Below, one piece after another: positions 18,731 to 28,345 of a stretch of 55,519 nt of DNA. The position numbers were made by a program, and so were the translations under genes. Numbering within the stretch: the first letter of the stretch is position 1; every line of letters starts with the position of its first letter. The notes under the pieces are model-generated. The model searched no databases. It worked only from the letters and a program-made list of their open reading frames with translations, and was not told where the DNA came from. Source of the stretch: Abditibacteriaceae bacterium (GTDB lineage: Bacteria > Armatimonadota > Abditibacteriia > Abditibacteriales > Abditibacteriaceae); the NCBI GenBank assembly GCA_031372065.1, contig JANMKN010000403.1, forward strand, positions 1-55,519, read 5' to 3'.

Positions 18731-21274
18731 ATGAAGAACAAACTACGCTTTATCGCAACGGCCTGCGCCTTGTCGGCAACGTGCCACGCTGCAACGGGGC
18801 AGGCTCCAATCCTCGACAAAGACCAACAACTCGCGGCGCAAACCTTTTGGGACAACCGCGATTTCGACTGGTATAAAGCCAATATTCCCTTCTTTGAGTG
18901 CCCGGATGCCGACATCGTCACGACCTACTATTACCGCTGGGAACTCATCACCAAGCACCTGACTTATGGCTCGCCGAACAGCGGCTACAGCTTTACCGAG
19001 TTCATAGACCGGCCCAATTGGAGCGGCGCTTACGGCGCGATTAGCTGTCCGGCGGGGCACCAATTTTACGAGGTGCGCTGGCTGCGCGATGCCACTTATG
19101 CCCGCGATTATGCGCGCTACTGGTTCCGCACGCCCGGAGCGCAGCCGCGCAACTATGGCACCTGGATTTCCGACGGCATCTGGGCCGCGAATTTAGTGCA
19201 TCCCGACGAGGCGCTGGTGAAAAACCTGCTGCCGGACATGAAAAAGAACTACGAAGGCTGGGAAAAGCGCCAATTCGTGCCCGAAGCCGGGTTATTCTGG
19301 CAAAACGGCCACGATGACGGCATGGAATTCAACATCAACAGCCGCCAAACGATGGATATTTTGCGCGGCGCGCCCGGCTATCGTCCCGGTTTCAACGCTT
19401 ATATGTGGGCCGATGCTCTGGCTATTGCCCACGTTGCGCGTCTGGCGGGCGACGCAGAAGCCGCGCGGCTATATGAAAGCAAAGCAGCATCGCTGAAAAA
19501 CAACCTGCAAAAGCTGCTCTGGGACCCGAAGCGGGAGTTCTTTTTCCCGATGTCGCACCGCGAAGAAAAGGACAAAGACGGCAACGTCGTCCAGAAAGGC
19601 ACCCTCACTTATCAAACCGGAAAATATGCCGGCGACCCGCACGGGCGCGAAGAACACGGCTACATTCCATGGCAGTTCAATTTACCGGACGCGGGCTACG
19701 AATCGGCGTGGAAGTTTCTGATGGATCCGAACTATTTCTACGCCCCGTTTGGCCCGACGAGCGTGGAGCGCAACGACCCGCAGTTTTTGCTGGCCAAAGG
19801 TTGCTGCTGGTGGAGCGGCCAATCGTGGCCTTACGCCACCTCGCAAACGCTTAAGGCGCTGGCGAACCTGCTGCAAAACTATCAACAGGGCGTCGTCACG
19901 CGCGCCGATTATTTGAAGCTGCTGCACATCTTCGCGATTTCGCATCGCAAAAACGGTCAGCCGTATCTCGCCGAGGCGCTCAACCCCGACACCGGCTCAT
20001 TCGAGTTTCACGACGCTTACAATCACAGCGAGCATTATTTTCACAGCAGCTTCAACGACTTAGTTATTACGGGCTTGGCCGGATTAAAGCCGCGCGCCGA
20101 CGACGTGTTGGAAATTGATCCTTTAGCGCCTGCGGAGTGGTCGTGGTTTGCTTTAGATGATGTGCCTTATCGCGGCCATCGCCTCAGCATCGTCTGGGAC
20201 AAAGACGGCAGGCGTTACGGCAAAGGCGCGGGCCTAATCGTGCTGGCCGACGGCAAGAAAATCGCCTCGCGCAAGACTTTAGGCAAGCTCATCGCGAAAC
20301 TTTCTGCTTTGCCTCAGCAAAACGCGAATATGGTTCGGATCAACTACGCCGTCAACAACGACGGCGATTATTTTTCGCGTCTTACGGCCTCGTTCACCGG
20401 CCCGAAAACGCCGCTCAACAAAGTCAACGACGGCAACACTTGGTATGCGCTCAATCCGCCGAACCGTTGGACGACGAGCGGTTCGCCGAACCCAAGCGAT
20501 TGGCTGGAAGTGGATTTCGGCACGCCGCGCCGCATTGATAGCGTGAAACTGGCGTTTCTCGACGACGGCAAAGAAATCGTCGCGCCACAAAGCTACGAAT
20601 TGGAGTGGTTCGACGGCACAACATGGCAGCCGATTCCGGGACAGCAACGCACGCCGACGCAGCCGATAGGCCATCGTTTTAATGTCGCGCAGTTTGCGCC
20701 GCGCGAGGTCACCAAACTGCGCGCTGTTTTCACGCACGCGCCGGGCGGCTTTACCGGCCTATCGGAAATCGAGGCGTGGGGCGACGGCGCCTTGCCTTAC
20801 AGCCCGCCCGCGCCGCCGCCCGGCAACATCGCTTTCAAATCCGGCAGCGCGGCATTCCCGAAAGCGACGGCTTCGTTTCATGACATCTACGGCGGCGTGC
20901 CGCAGAGCGCGATTGATGGGAAAATCAATTTCTTGCCGAACCCTGTGAACCGCTGGACAAGTTACGGCTCGCCCAACGCGACCGACTGGCTGGAAGTGGA
21001 TTTCGGAGCGCCCAAAGACGTGTCGCGCGCCGAGCTTTACATCTACGACGACCGGGGCGGCGTGCAGCCACCCGAAAGTTACAACGTGCAAGTCTTCGTC
21101 GAGGGCGAGTGGCGCGATGCCGCCAACCAGATAAAGACGCCCACCACGCCGACCGGCAGCGCGCAAAACAGCGTGCGCTTCGATAAAGTTGTCACCACCA
21201 AGCTGCGCGTAGTTTTCACGCACAAAGGCCAATCCCGCAGCGGCGTGACCGAATTGGAAATCTGGAAGGACTAA
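18731..21274 (+). CDS. MGH1/GH63-like (alpha/alpha)6 glycoside hydrolase with two discoidin (F5/8 type C) domains
   Basis: NIPFFECPD...YYYRW, DDGME, WSGQSWPYATSQTL, HYFHS, and two DWLEVDFG discoidin repeats. Confidence 0.82.
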   Translation: MKNKLRFIATACALSATCHAATGQAPILDKDQQLAAQTFWDNRDFDWYKANIPFFECPDADIVTTYYYRWELITKHLTYGSPNSGYSFTEFIDRPNWSGAYGAISCPAGHQFYEVRWLRDATYARDYARYWFRTPGAQPRNYGTWISDGIWAANLVHPDEALVKNLLPDMKKNYEGWEKRQFVPEAGLFWQNGHDDGMEFNINSRQTMDILRGAPGYRPGFNAYMWADALAIAHVARLAGDAEAARLYESKAASLKNNLQKLLWDPKREFFFPMSHREEKDKDGNVVQKGTLTYQTGKYAGDPHGREEHGYIPWQFNLPDAGYESAWKFLMDPNYFYAPFGPTSVERNDPQFLLAKGCCWWSGQSWPYATSQTLKALANLLQNYQQGVVTRADYLKLLHIFAISHRKNGQPYLAEALNPDTGSFEFHDAYNHSEHYFHSSFNDLVITGLAGLKPRADDVLEIDPLAPAEWSWFALDDVPYRGHRLSIVWDKDGRRYGKGAGLIVLADGKKIASRKTLGKLIAKLSALPQQNANMVRINYAVNNDGDYFSRLTASFTGPKTPLNKVNDGNTWYALNPPNRWTTSGSPNPSDWLEVDFGTPRRIDSVKLAFLDDGKEIVAPQSYELEWFDGTTWQPIPGQQRTPTQPIGHRFNVAQFAPREVTKLRAVFTHAPGGFTGLSEIEAWGDGALPYSPPAPPPGNIAFKSGSAAFPKATASFHDIYGGVPQSAIDGKINFLPNPVNRWTSYGSPNATDWLEVDFGAPKDVSRAELYIYDDRGGVQPPESYNVQVFVEGEWRDAANQIKTPTTPTGSAQNSVRFDKVVTTKLRVVFTHKGQSRSGVTELEIWKD

Positions 21275-21331
21275 GAGTCTGCATTCACCTTACGCGGTGG
21301 AAGCATTTGTAGGCGGGCCAACCAAAGAAGC

Positions 21332-21465
21332 GTTGTCATTCTGAGCGGAGTTTGCGAGTGGAACGAGCTAACGCAGTCGAAGAATCTTGTCTTGGTGGAG
21401 CGACTTGAAAGATTCTTCGACTGCGCTCTGTTCGTACCTCACTCCGCTCCGCTCAGAATGACAAC
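21332..21465. repeat. REP/MITE-like nested palindromic element
   Basis: Outer inverted repeat GTTGTCATTCTGAGCGGAG / CTCCGCTCAGAATGACAAC; inner inverted repeat CGCAGTCGAAGAATCT / AGATTCTTCGACTGCG. Confidence 0.8.
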
Positions 21466-21539
21466 TCCTACTTCTTGGAGTAACCAAAATGTCCTTTATT
21501 TGGGAATTCTAAGGCCGTTTGATAGGAATTTCGAGAGCT

Positions 21540-24500
21540 ATGATTTCATCGCATATTTTGTCCTTGAGCAGGAGCGGCGCTCAGGCTTGCGCTCAGGCAT
21601 CGCTGCTCGTTTTGTTACTCGCTATGACCCGCACTTTAGCCGCCGCGCCCATCGTCAACGCCGTCCCGTATGCTGCCAAACCGCTTCCTCTTTCCGCCGT
21701 GCGCCTGACAGGTGGGCCTCTCAAACGCGCCCAGGATGTTGACGCCGCGTATTTGCTTTCGCTCGAACCCGACCGCATGATGGCGTATTTTCGTCAGCAG
21801 GCCGGTCTGCTTCCTAAAGCCAAAGGCTATGACGGCTGGGACGGCGACGGCAAGAATCTGACTGGCCACATCGCCGGGCATTACTTGTCGGCGGTAAGCC
21901 TGATGTTCGCGGCGACCGGCGATGCGCGCTTCAAAGAGCGCGCCGATATTCTGGTGCGCGAGATGAAGGAAGTGCAGGACAAAAACGGCGATGGTTATTT
22001 GGGCGCACTGGCCGGAGGTCGTGAAAAGTTCGCTGAAGTCGCGCGCGGCGATATTCGTTCGGGCGGCTTCGATTTAAACGGCTTGTGGTCGCCGTGGTAT
22101 GTGCTGCACAAAATCTACGCCGGCTTGCGCGACGCGTATCGCTTTGCCGGCAACCGCGACGCACTGGAAACCGAAATCAAATTCGCGCAATGGGCCGAAG
22201 GCATTTTGTCGCACCTCGACGAGGCGCAAACTCAGAAGATGCTCAACACCGAATTCGGCGGCATGAACGAAGTTTTTGCCGATCTCTACGCCGACACCGG
22301 CGATGCGCGCTGGCTGAACCTTTCGCGTCGTTTCGAGCATCATGCGGTGCTTGATGCGCTCAAGAAGCACGAAGACAAACTGGCCGGATTGCACGGTAAT
22401 ACGCAGGTGCCCAAGCTGATCGGTTCGCTGGCTCGCTATGTTTATAGCGGCGAAACCACCGATGGCGAGGCCGCGAAATTTTTCTGGGAGCGCGTGGCGA
22501 ATCATCACAGCTTCGCTACGGGCGGACACGGCAAGGACGAGTATTTCGGCCCGCCCGACGAACTCAGTGAGCGTTTAGACGGACGCACGGCGGAATCGTG
22601 CAACGTCTATAATATGCTCAAAATGACGCGCACGCTGTTCGCGTTGAGTCCCGATATTCGCTACGCCGAATTTGAAGAACGCGCCTTGTTCAACCACGTT
22701 TTGGCCTCGCTTGACCCCGACAGCGGAAGCACTTGTTACATGGTGCCGGTCGGGCGCGGCGTGCGCCACGAATATCAGGATATGCAGCATAATTTCACTT
22801 GTTGCGTGGGCAGCGGCATGGAAAGTCACGCGCTGCATGGCGACGGCATTTACTACGAGGCGCCGGGCCGTTTGTGGGTGAATTTATTTGCGCCTTCGAC
22901 CTTAAATTGGCAGTCGCAGGGCGCCCATATCACGACGGAAACCGATTTCCCCGAAGGGCAAAACGCGGTGCTGAAAATCGAATTGGCCGCGCCGAAAAAG
23001 CTCACTCTTTCGCTCCGCCGTCCGTCGTGGGCTGGAAACGGCTTTACCGTTCAAGTCAATGGAAAAGCGGTCAAGAATCTTCTGCCTCCCGGCTCCTATA
23101 TAGAATTGAATCGCACCTGGCGAAGCGGCGACCGCATCGCGCTGACGCTGCCCAAAGCGTTGCATCTCGAAGCCGTGCCGGACAATCCGCAGCGCGCGGC
23201 GATTTTGTGGGGGCCGCTGGTTTTGGCCGGCGACCTGGGGCCGGACAGCGACGACGTGCAGCAAAAAATCCATGAGCAGATTCCGGTTTTGGTCGCGGCC
23301 AATCGCGCGCCGGGCGAATGGCTGCAACCTGTGCCGGGCCGTGCGGGCGAGTTTCACAGCGTGGGCGTGGGGCGCGAGCGTGATGTGGATTTGGTGCCGT
23401 TTTATCGTCTGCACCGGCGCACCTATGAGGTTTATTGGGACTTGTTTACGCCTGAAGGCTGGAAACTTGAATCCGCGAAAATCGCCGCCGCGCGCGAACG
23501 CCAGCGCCAACTCGAAGCGGCGACGGTCGGCTTCGCGCAGCCCGGCGAAATGCAGCCGGAGCGCAATTTCAACCAGCAGGGCGAAGAAAGCGAACCGGTG
23601 CGCGTGGCGGGTCGGGCCGGACGGCGCGGCAAAAAGTGGTTCTCCTTCGATATGCCGGTGGACGCAGGGCAACCAATGAAATTGGTGGTGACTTACAACA
23701 GCGACGAGTGGCGCACTCGCACCTTTGACATTCTGCTCGATGGTCAACACCTCGCTTCGCAAAAAGTGGAGCGGCAGCTTCCAGGGCGATTTTACGATGT
23801 GGAATACGACATTCCCACCCTGCGCGTGCAAGGCAAGCAAAAAGTGACGGTGCGCTTTGAGGCGACCGACGGTGGCGAAATCGCGGCCATTTTCGGCATC
23901 CGTATTGTAAGGGCACAACTGACACCGATAACGCAAATTACTCCGCCGGAAAAAGAGTTCTTCAGCAAGAAACTGGACTACGAAGGGATTGTCATCAAAG
24001 CGCACGAAGCCGTGGATGACCAAGCGCTTTTGGAGGCTTACCGCCGCCTGGACATGATGCTGCGCCATTTGCCAATCGTGCGCGCGAATCTAAAGCAGGC
24101 CGGTGCCGAGCTGCACATCATCGGACGAAATCAAGTCACGTCCGATCTGCCCGAACATCAACATCTCAAAGGCAAAAAAATCTATGACGGCAAACTCACC
24201 GTAGATGAACGCACGCGTGGTTTAGGCGGGCTGCTCACCTCGTGCGGCGAAGAAAACCTGCTGCACTTGCCGGAAGATCGCTATAAAGGCCGCGATATTT
24301 GTGTTCACGAGTTCGCTCATAACGTGCAGGACAAAGGAATGTCTGAGGCAGTGCGTGCCAAAGTTCGCGCGCAGTATCGCAGCTCGCTCGACAAAGGTTT
24401 GTGGAAAGGCTCTTACGCTGCTTCTAATGAAAGCGAGTTTTTCGCAGAACTGACCATGTGGTATTTCGGCACGCACGGCGATTTAAATATGACCGGCCCC

Positions 24501-24617
24501 AAACCCGCCGACGGCCCGGACGGACTGCGCGCTTATGACCCGGAAGCCTATCAATTGTTAGATGACTTTTATTCGGGCCGTATTCCCGTTGCTCTCGCCG
24601 GCGCAGAGCAGCCTTAA
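21540..24617 (+). CDS. GH127-like beta-L-arabinofuranosidase fused to a C-terminal zinc-metallopeptidase-like domain
   Basis: GHIAGHYLSA, EFGGMNE, HGNTQVPK, ESCNVYNMLK, FTCCVGSGMESH; C-terminal DICVHEFAH...NESEFFAE. Start codon uncertain. Confidence 0.88.
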   Translation: MISSHILSLSRSGAQACAQASLLVLLLAMTRTLAAAPIVNAVPYAAKPLPLSAVRLTGGPLKRAQDVDAAYLLSLEPDRMMAYFRQQAGLLPKAKGYDGWDGDGKNLTGHIAGHYLSAVSLMFAATGDARFKERADILVREMKEVQDKNGDGYLGALAGGREKFAEVARGDIRSGGFDLNGLWSPWYVLHKIYAGLRDAYRFAGNRDALETEIKFAQWAEGILSHLDEAQTQKMLNTEFGGMNEVFADLYADTGDARWLNLSRRFEHHAVLDALKKHEDKLAGLHGNTQVPKLIGSLARYVYSGETTDGEAAKFFWERVANHHSFATGGHGKDEYFGPPDELSERLDGRTAESCNVYNMLKMTRTLFALSPDIRYAEFEERALFNHVLASLDPDSGSTCYMVPVGRGVRHEYQDMQHNFTCCVGSGMESHALHGDGIYYEAPGRLWVNLFAPSTLNWQSQGAHITTETDFPEGQNAVLKIELAAPKKLTLSLRRPSWAGNGFTVQVNGKAVKNLLPPGSYIELNRTWRSGDRIALTLPKALHLEAVPDNPQRAAILWGPLVLAGDLGPDSDDVQQKIHEQIPVLVAANRAPGEWLQPVPGRAGEFHSVGVGRERDVDLVPFYRLHRRTYEVYWDLFTPEGWKLESAKIAAARERQRQLEAATVGFAQPGEMQPERNFNQQGEESEPVRVAGRAGRRGKKWFSFDMPVDAGQPMKLVVTYNSDEWRTRTFDILLDGQHLASQKVERQLPGRFYDVEYDIPTLRVQGKQKVTVRFEATDGGEIAAIFGIRIVRAQLTPITQITPPEKEFFSKKLDYEGIVIKAHEAVDDQALLEAYRRLDMMLRHLPIVRANLKQAGAELHIIGRNQVTSDLPEHQHLKGKKIYDGKLTVDERTRGLGGLLTSCGEENLLHLPEDRYKGRDICVHEFAHNVQDKGMSEAVRAKVRAQYRSSLDKGLWKGSYAASNESEFFAELTMWYFGTHGDLNMTGPKPADGPDGLRAYDPEAYQLLDDFYSGRIPVALAGAEQP

Positions 24618-24644
24618 AAACGAAGCGGGCCTCAGAAGAAAACC

Positions 24645-25334
24645 ATGAAAACCGAGGCCGGTCGTGGTGCGCTATGCGTATTCGAGGAAATGTTGTCGTA
24701 GATGGCGCATAGCGCGGCATTTGCAGAAAACGAATGGAAAAACGCGGCGCCGTGGAACGCGCCAAGCAGGACGGTTTTAGCGCCCGGAGAAAGCCGCACT
24801 TATGGCTTGAAATTTTTGATGGCGCCGGCCATCCGCGAAATAGAAAGCACCTTAGGGGCGGCGCGCCGTCTGGTGGCTGTCGGCATTCCCGGCTACGCTT
24901 TGCCTCAGGATATCGAAGGCAATCTGTTTTTGCGCTACGCCGCACGCGCGCAATCGTTTGCGATTGAGCCGACAGCCGCACTGAGTTTTGGCATTAGCTT
25001 TGGCCCTGTTACCAAAGAAGCCGATGGCAGCCTGACGCAAAGTTACCGGCACATCGAATTTGGTGGCGGAACGTGGCTGCTTGATCCGAATACTTTGCGC
25101 GCCATTGGCAAAGTGCAAAAGCAAAACACGCCGCCGGAACTCGGCAAAATCGAAGGCAAATTTGAAGGCTTAAAAGTAAAAACAGTGGGCGATCCCGGCG
25201 TAAGCGCCAAACCCGGCCAGCGCTACATTTTGCGCTGGGAAACTCTCGACGCCAATCGCGACCAACCGCGTAAAGGTGCCTTGCCAGAGCCTTCAATGCT
25301 GCGTTTATACGCGGTCAAAACCGAACCGAAATAG
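24645..25334 (+). pseudogene. Mosaic of CAZyme-related fragments (esterase tail, DUF5695-like and BNR-repeat-protein-like pieces)
   Basis: PVVVRYAYS at 24658-24684; FEEMLS*MAHSAAFAENEWK...PGESRTYGLKF...VAVGIPGY; then YILRWETLDANRDQPR...PEPSMLRLY. In-frame TAG at 24699. Confidence 0.55.
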
Positions 25335-25336
25335 CG

Positions 25337-28108
25337 TTACTCCACTTTCAGTTTTTCATCGGCATCGGGCGCGATGGTGAGTCGGTATTTTTGGCCGTTT
25401 ACATCGGCGGCTACTTCGATGCGTTCCTCGTTTTGTGAAAGCGAAAGACCTGAAGCAAAAGTGTTGTTTTCGGGTTTATCGAGGTGAATCAGCCAGCCCG
25501 CAACGGCCTGAGTGCCTTTGATGCGCTGCATAAGCATCGGCACGCGGTCTGTTGTGTTTTTGCCGACGCCAGTGCCCGCGATTAGCTGGCCCATGGGCGC
25601 CGCCGTCGTGTTGATTCTCACATTCAAATTGTCGGCGATAATCGGCGGCACGGTGAGGATTTTTGTGGCGTCCTGAAAATGTTGATAGCCCGGTTTGTTT
25701 GGTAAATTTACCGGCTCGCCGTTGGGTGGCGTCTCCCATTTTCCGGCGTTGTGATAAGCGAAATCGAAGGTGTGTTCCTTGTCCGCTTTCGCTATGTCCA
25801 AAATTAAAATTGTGTCTTCGCCAAACAAGGCCACAGCGCGGCGATAAACCACGCCTTCGTAGATATTTCCGGCCTCGGCAAGGGCGGCGCTCAGGCCGGG
25901 ACGCGAAAGAAACGCCAGAGATTTGCCTTCGGCAGGTTTTTGGTTTTCTTCGTCTACGACCAACGTGTTGTGCGCCAAAGTGGATTTATACCATTCGTTT
26001 TGAATCGGCACGCCATAAGCCGCCGTGCCGGGGTCAACGCCCAAAATTTGGCCGCGCGAATAGAGGACAAAATTCAATTTATCGGGATGCCCGTGACCGC
26101 CACCATGCGGGCCATATTTGAGGCAGAGCCATGTCGCGTTTTCGCCAGTGGAATTGCGTAAAATGGCATAGCCAGTAGCGGCATAATTTTTTGCAGCGCT
26201 GCTTTCAACTGGGGCTTCGGGCAGTGGTTTGGCGCCGAGCAAAAGCGCTTCAAGTGAGTCGCGTTTGCCATATTTCAACACTTCGGCAAAACGCGGGTCG
26301 CCGTAGCGTTCAAAGGCAGTTTCGTAAAGCGCTTGCTGCGGTTTCACATCCACCGTGCCCGAATCGTTGAAGGCAGGCAGCAGTAAATTGGGCATGGCAA
26401 AATTGAGCGGGCCTTCAAATAAATCTTTGTAGCTACGTCCGTTTGGTGCCTTGTATTCGTAAAGTCCAAGACCGCAACGCGCACCCGCTTCAGCGAGCGG
26501 CAGCGTGGCGTTCATGGTGTAAAAATGATAGCCCCACGCGCCTTCATACCATTGCCCATCGGCACTGATGCCTTTTTCGATTTGCTTTTTAAAACCAACT
26601 TCGCCGTTGATCGCTTCGGCCACTAAAGCGGCATCGTCTAACAGCAAACCAACCAATCCCACAGCAGAATTTTTCCAGCATTGGATATTGTGAATACTCA
26701 TCTTATGCTGGCGAATGACTTGGGCGATGGGGCGAAATAAATCGTTGCCGATGTGCGTTTTGTCGGCCTCGGAAAGCGTGTCCCAAATCAGGTCGGCACC
26801 TTGCGCGACAGGGATTGTCCACGTAGATTCATCCAGCGTTTGCGGGCCGATTTTGCCGCCGCCGACATTCGGTTTGCCGTTGATGTCGTGCAGCGGATAC
26901 GACTCGTATTTATCGGCATAAGCCAGCAAAAGTTCGCGCGCTTTGGCGGCATATTTTTTATCGCCGCTCAAGCGATACGCGAGGCCGAGATTCTTCATAT
27001 CGCGCGAATAAGCGTCGTGAATGGTCGAAAGGTAAACATCGTCGTAAGGATAGCCGCTGTAAATCGTGCCGCAGACATCGCATTTGTGCTGCGTCGGTGA
27101 AATTGCTTTTAAGCGATTACCATCTTTTTTGCAGGCATACCAGTGATACCATTGCCCGCCGCGCGACGGCAGATTAAGCGGCTTGGCAAGCGCCGCATCA
27201 GCGTCTTTCAGCAGAGTTTCGTAACGCGCCTTCAATTGCGGCTCCTTCAAGCGCGCTTTGATGCCCCCTAATTCGCCATCCGATAATAGCAAACGCGGAT
27301 GGGGCGGCAAATTGAGTGGTGGCGTGACAGTGGCTTCGATTTGTTTCATGGAATTGGCATCACCCGCGATGAAAACGCGAATTGGTTGCCCCAAAATCTG
27401 CAAAGGTCGTGTGTTTTGTGCCTCAAAGGGCAGCGCGATTTCGTGGTTGTGGCGCGCGCCTGCATCCAATGGAATTTGCTGCCCGTCCACATCCAAAGTC
27501 AAAGGCGCGTTTGAGTTGTTAGCGACTTCGATTTGCGCTTTCCAAATTCCATTTACGATTTGTGACGAGATGATTTTGGCGTCGAATTTTTTAGGCGCCA
27601 ACGTGATTTGATCTAAATCGAGCGTCACTTTATCCGTCGAAGCCTCAGTGCGAAAAATGATTTGCTTGCTGGTTAAATCGGGTTTTTCGCCCCACGACAA
27701 AAACGGCGTGCCCAAATCTACAATGGCGCGATGCCACTGGTTATCGGCCTCGCGTTGCGGCGCGACATTCCACACGGCTTGCATTCCGCCCGCAAGAGGC
27801 GCGGCGACGATTTTTATCATCAAATTGCTGCTGCCGGTGCCGGAAAAGCGATACCAGAAACTCAGTTCGCCGCCTTTGGAAAAATCGGGCGCGTTTTGCA
27901 AATTTACGCTTGGCCCGGCGCTGCCAGCAGGCAAAGAAAAGCGCACGGCGTTTTTACCAACTTGCGCTTCCTGCACCAAAACCGCGCCTTTGCTCCAACC
28001 ATCAGGAGATTCGGCATCGTGCAACACGGTTTGCGCAAAAACAGGCAAAGAAACCAACAACGGCGCGGCAAATAACGTCCATATCACGCGGGAATTCATG
28101 AAATTCAT
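25337..28108 (-). CDS. Heparinase II/III / oligo-alginate-lyase-like polysaccharide lyase
   Basis: HPRLLL, QTLDESTW, HNIQCWKN, EGAWGYHFY, GGGHGHPDKLNF, STLAHNTLVVD; signal peptide. Confidence 0.85.
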   Translation of the reverse strand: MNFMNSRVIWTLFAAPLLVSLPVFAQTVLHDAESPDGWSKGAVLVQEAQVGKNAVRFSLPAGSAGPSVNLQNAPDFSKGGELSFWYRFSGTGSSNLMIKIVAAPLAGGMQAVWNVAPQREADNQWHRAIVDLGTPFLSWGEKPDLTSKQIIFRTEASTDKVTLDLDQITLAPKKFDAKIISSQIVNGIWKAQIEVANNSNAPLTLDVDGQQIPLDAGARHNHEIALPFEAQNTRPLQILGQPIRVFIAGDANSMKQIEATVTPPLNLPPHPRLLLSDGELGGIKARLKEPQLKARYETLLKDADAALAKPLNLPSRGGQWYHWYACKKDGNRLKAISPTQHKCDVCGTIYSGYPYDDVYLSTIHDAYSRDMKNLGLAYRLSGDKKYAAKARELLLAYADKYESYPLHDINGKPNVGGGKIGPQTLDESTWTIPVAQGADLIWDTLSEADKTHIGNDLFRPIAQVIRQHKMSIHNIQCWKNSAVGLVGLLLDDAALVAEAINGEVGFKKQIEKGISADGQWYEGAWGYHFYTMNATLPLAEAGARCGLGLYEYKAPNGRSYKDLFEGPLNFAMPNLLLPAFNDSGTVDVKPQQALYETAFERYGDPRFAEVLKYGKRDSLEALLLGAKPLPEAPVESSAAKNYAATGYAILRNSTGENATWLCLKYGPHGGGHGHPDKLNFVLYSRGQILGVDPGTAAYGVPIQNEWYKSTLAHNTLVVDEENQKPAEGKSLAFLSRPGLSAALAEAGNIYEGVVYRRAVALFGEDTILILDIAKADKEHTFDFAYHNAGKWETPPNGEPVNLPNKPGYQHFQDATKILTVPPIIADNLNVRINTTAAPMGQLIAGTGVGKNTTDRVPMLMQRIKGTQAVAGWLIHLDKPENNTFASGLSLSQNEERIEVAADVNGQKYRLTIAPDADEKLKVE

Positions 28109-28345
28109 AGACAAACAGCAACTCTTAATGCGTCAGTGGACTCCCAAGAATTAGTTCCCAAAGTCGCTTTCTGCGACTTAACCTCCATCCCGTTTCCCCA
28201 AAAGGAGAGGCTGGATGGGGGTTATTCTGACTGTTTTAAACAGCTTCTTGCAATTCAATATAGCCTGTGGGTAATACTATGGTTGCATCTTGCCGAGCGT
28301 GAGATGAATGCTGGATTCGAGTGACGCGCCGCCACTTTTACCTTA

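Noticed and set aside
28160..28225. Hairpins in the lyase/cyclase divergent intergenic region as an ncRNA
   Set aside because: Two imperfect stems only, with no recognisable RNA family features.
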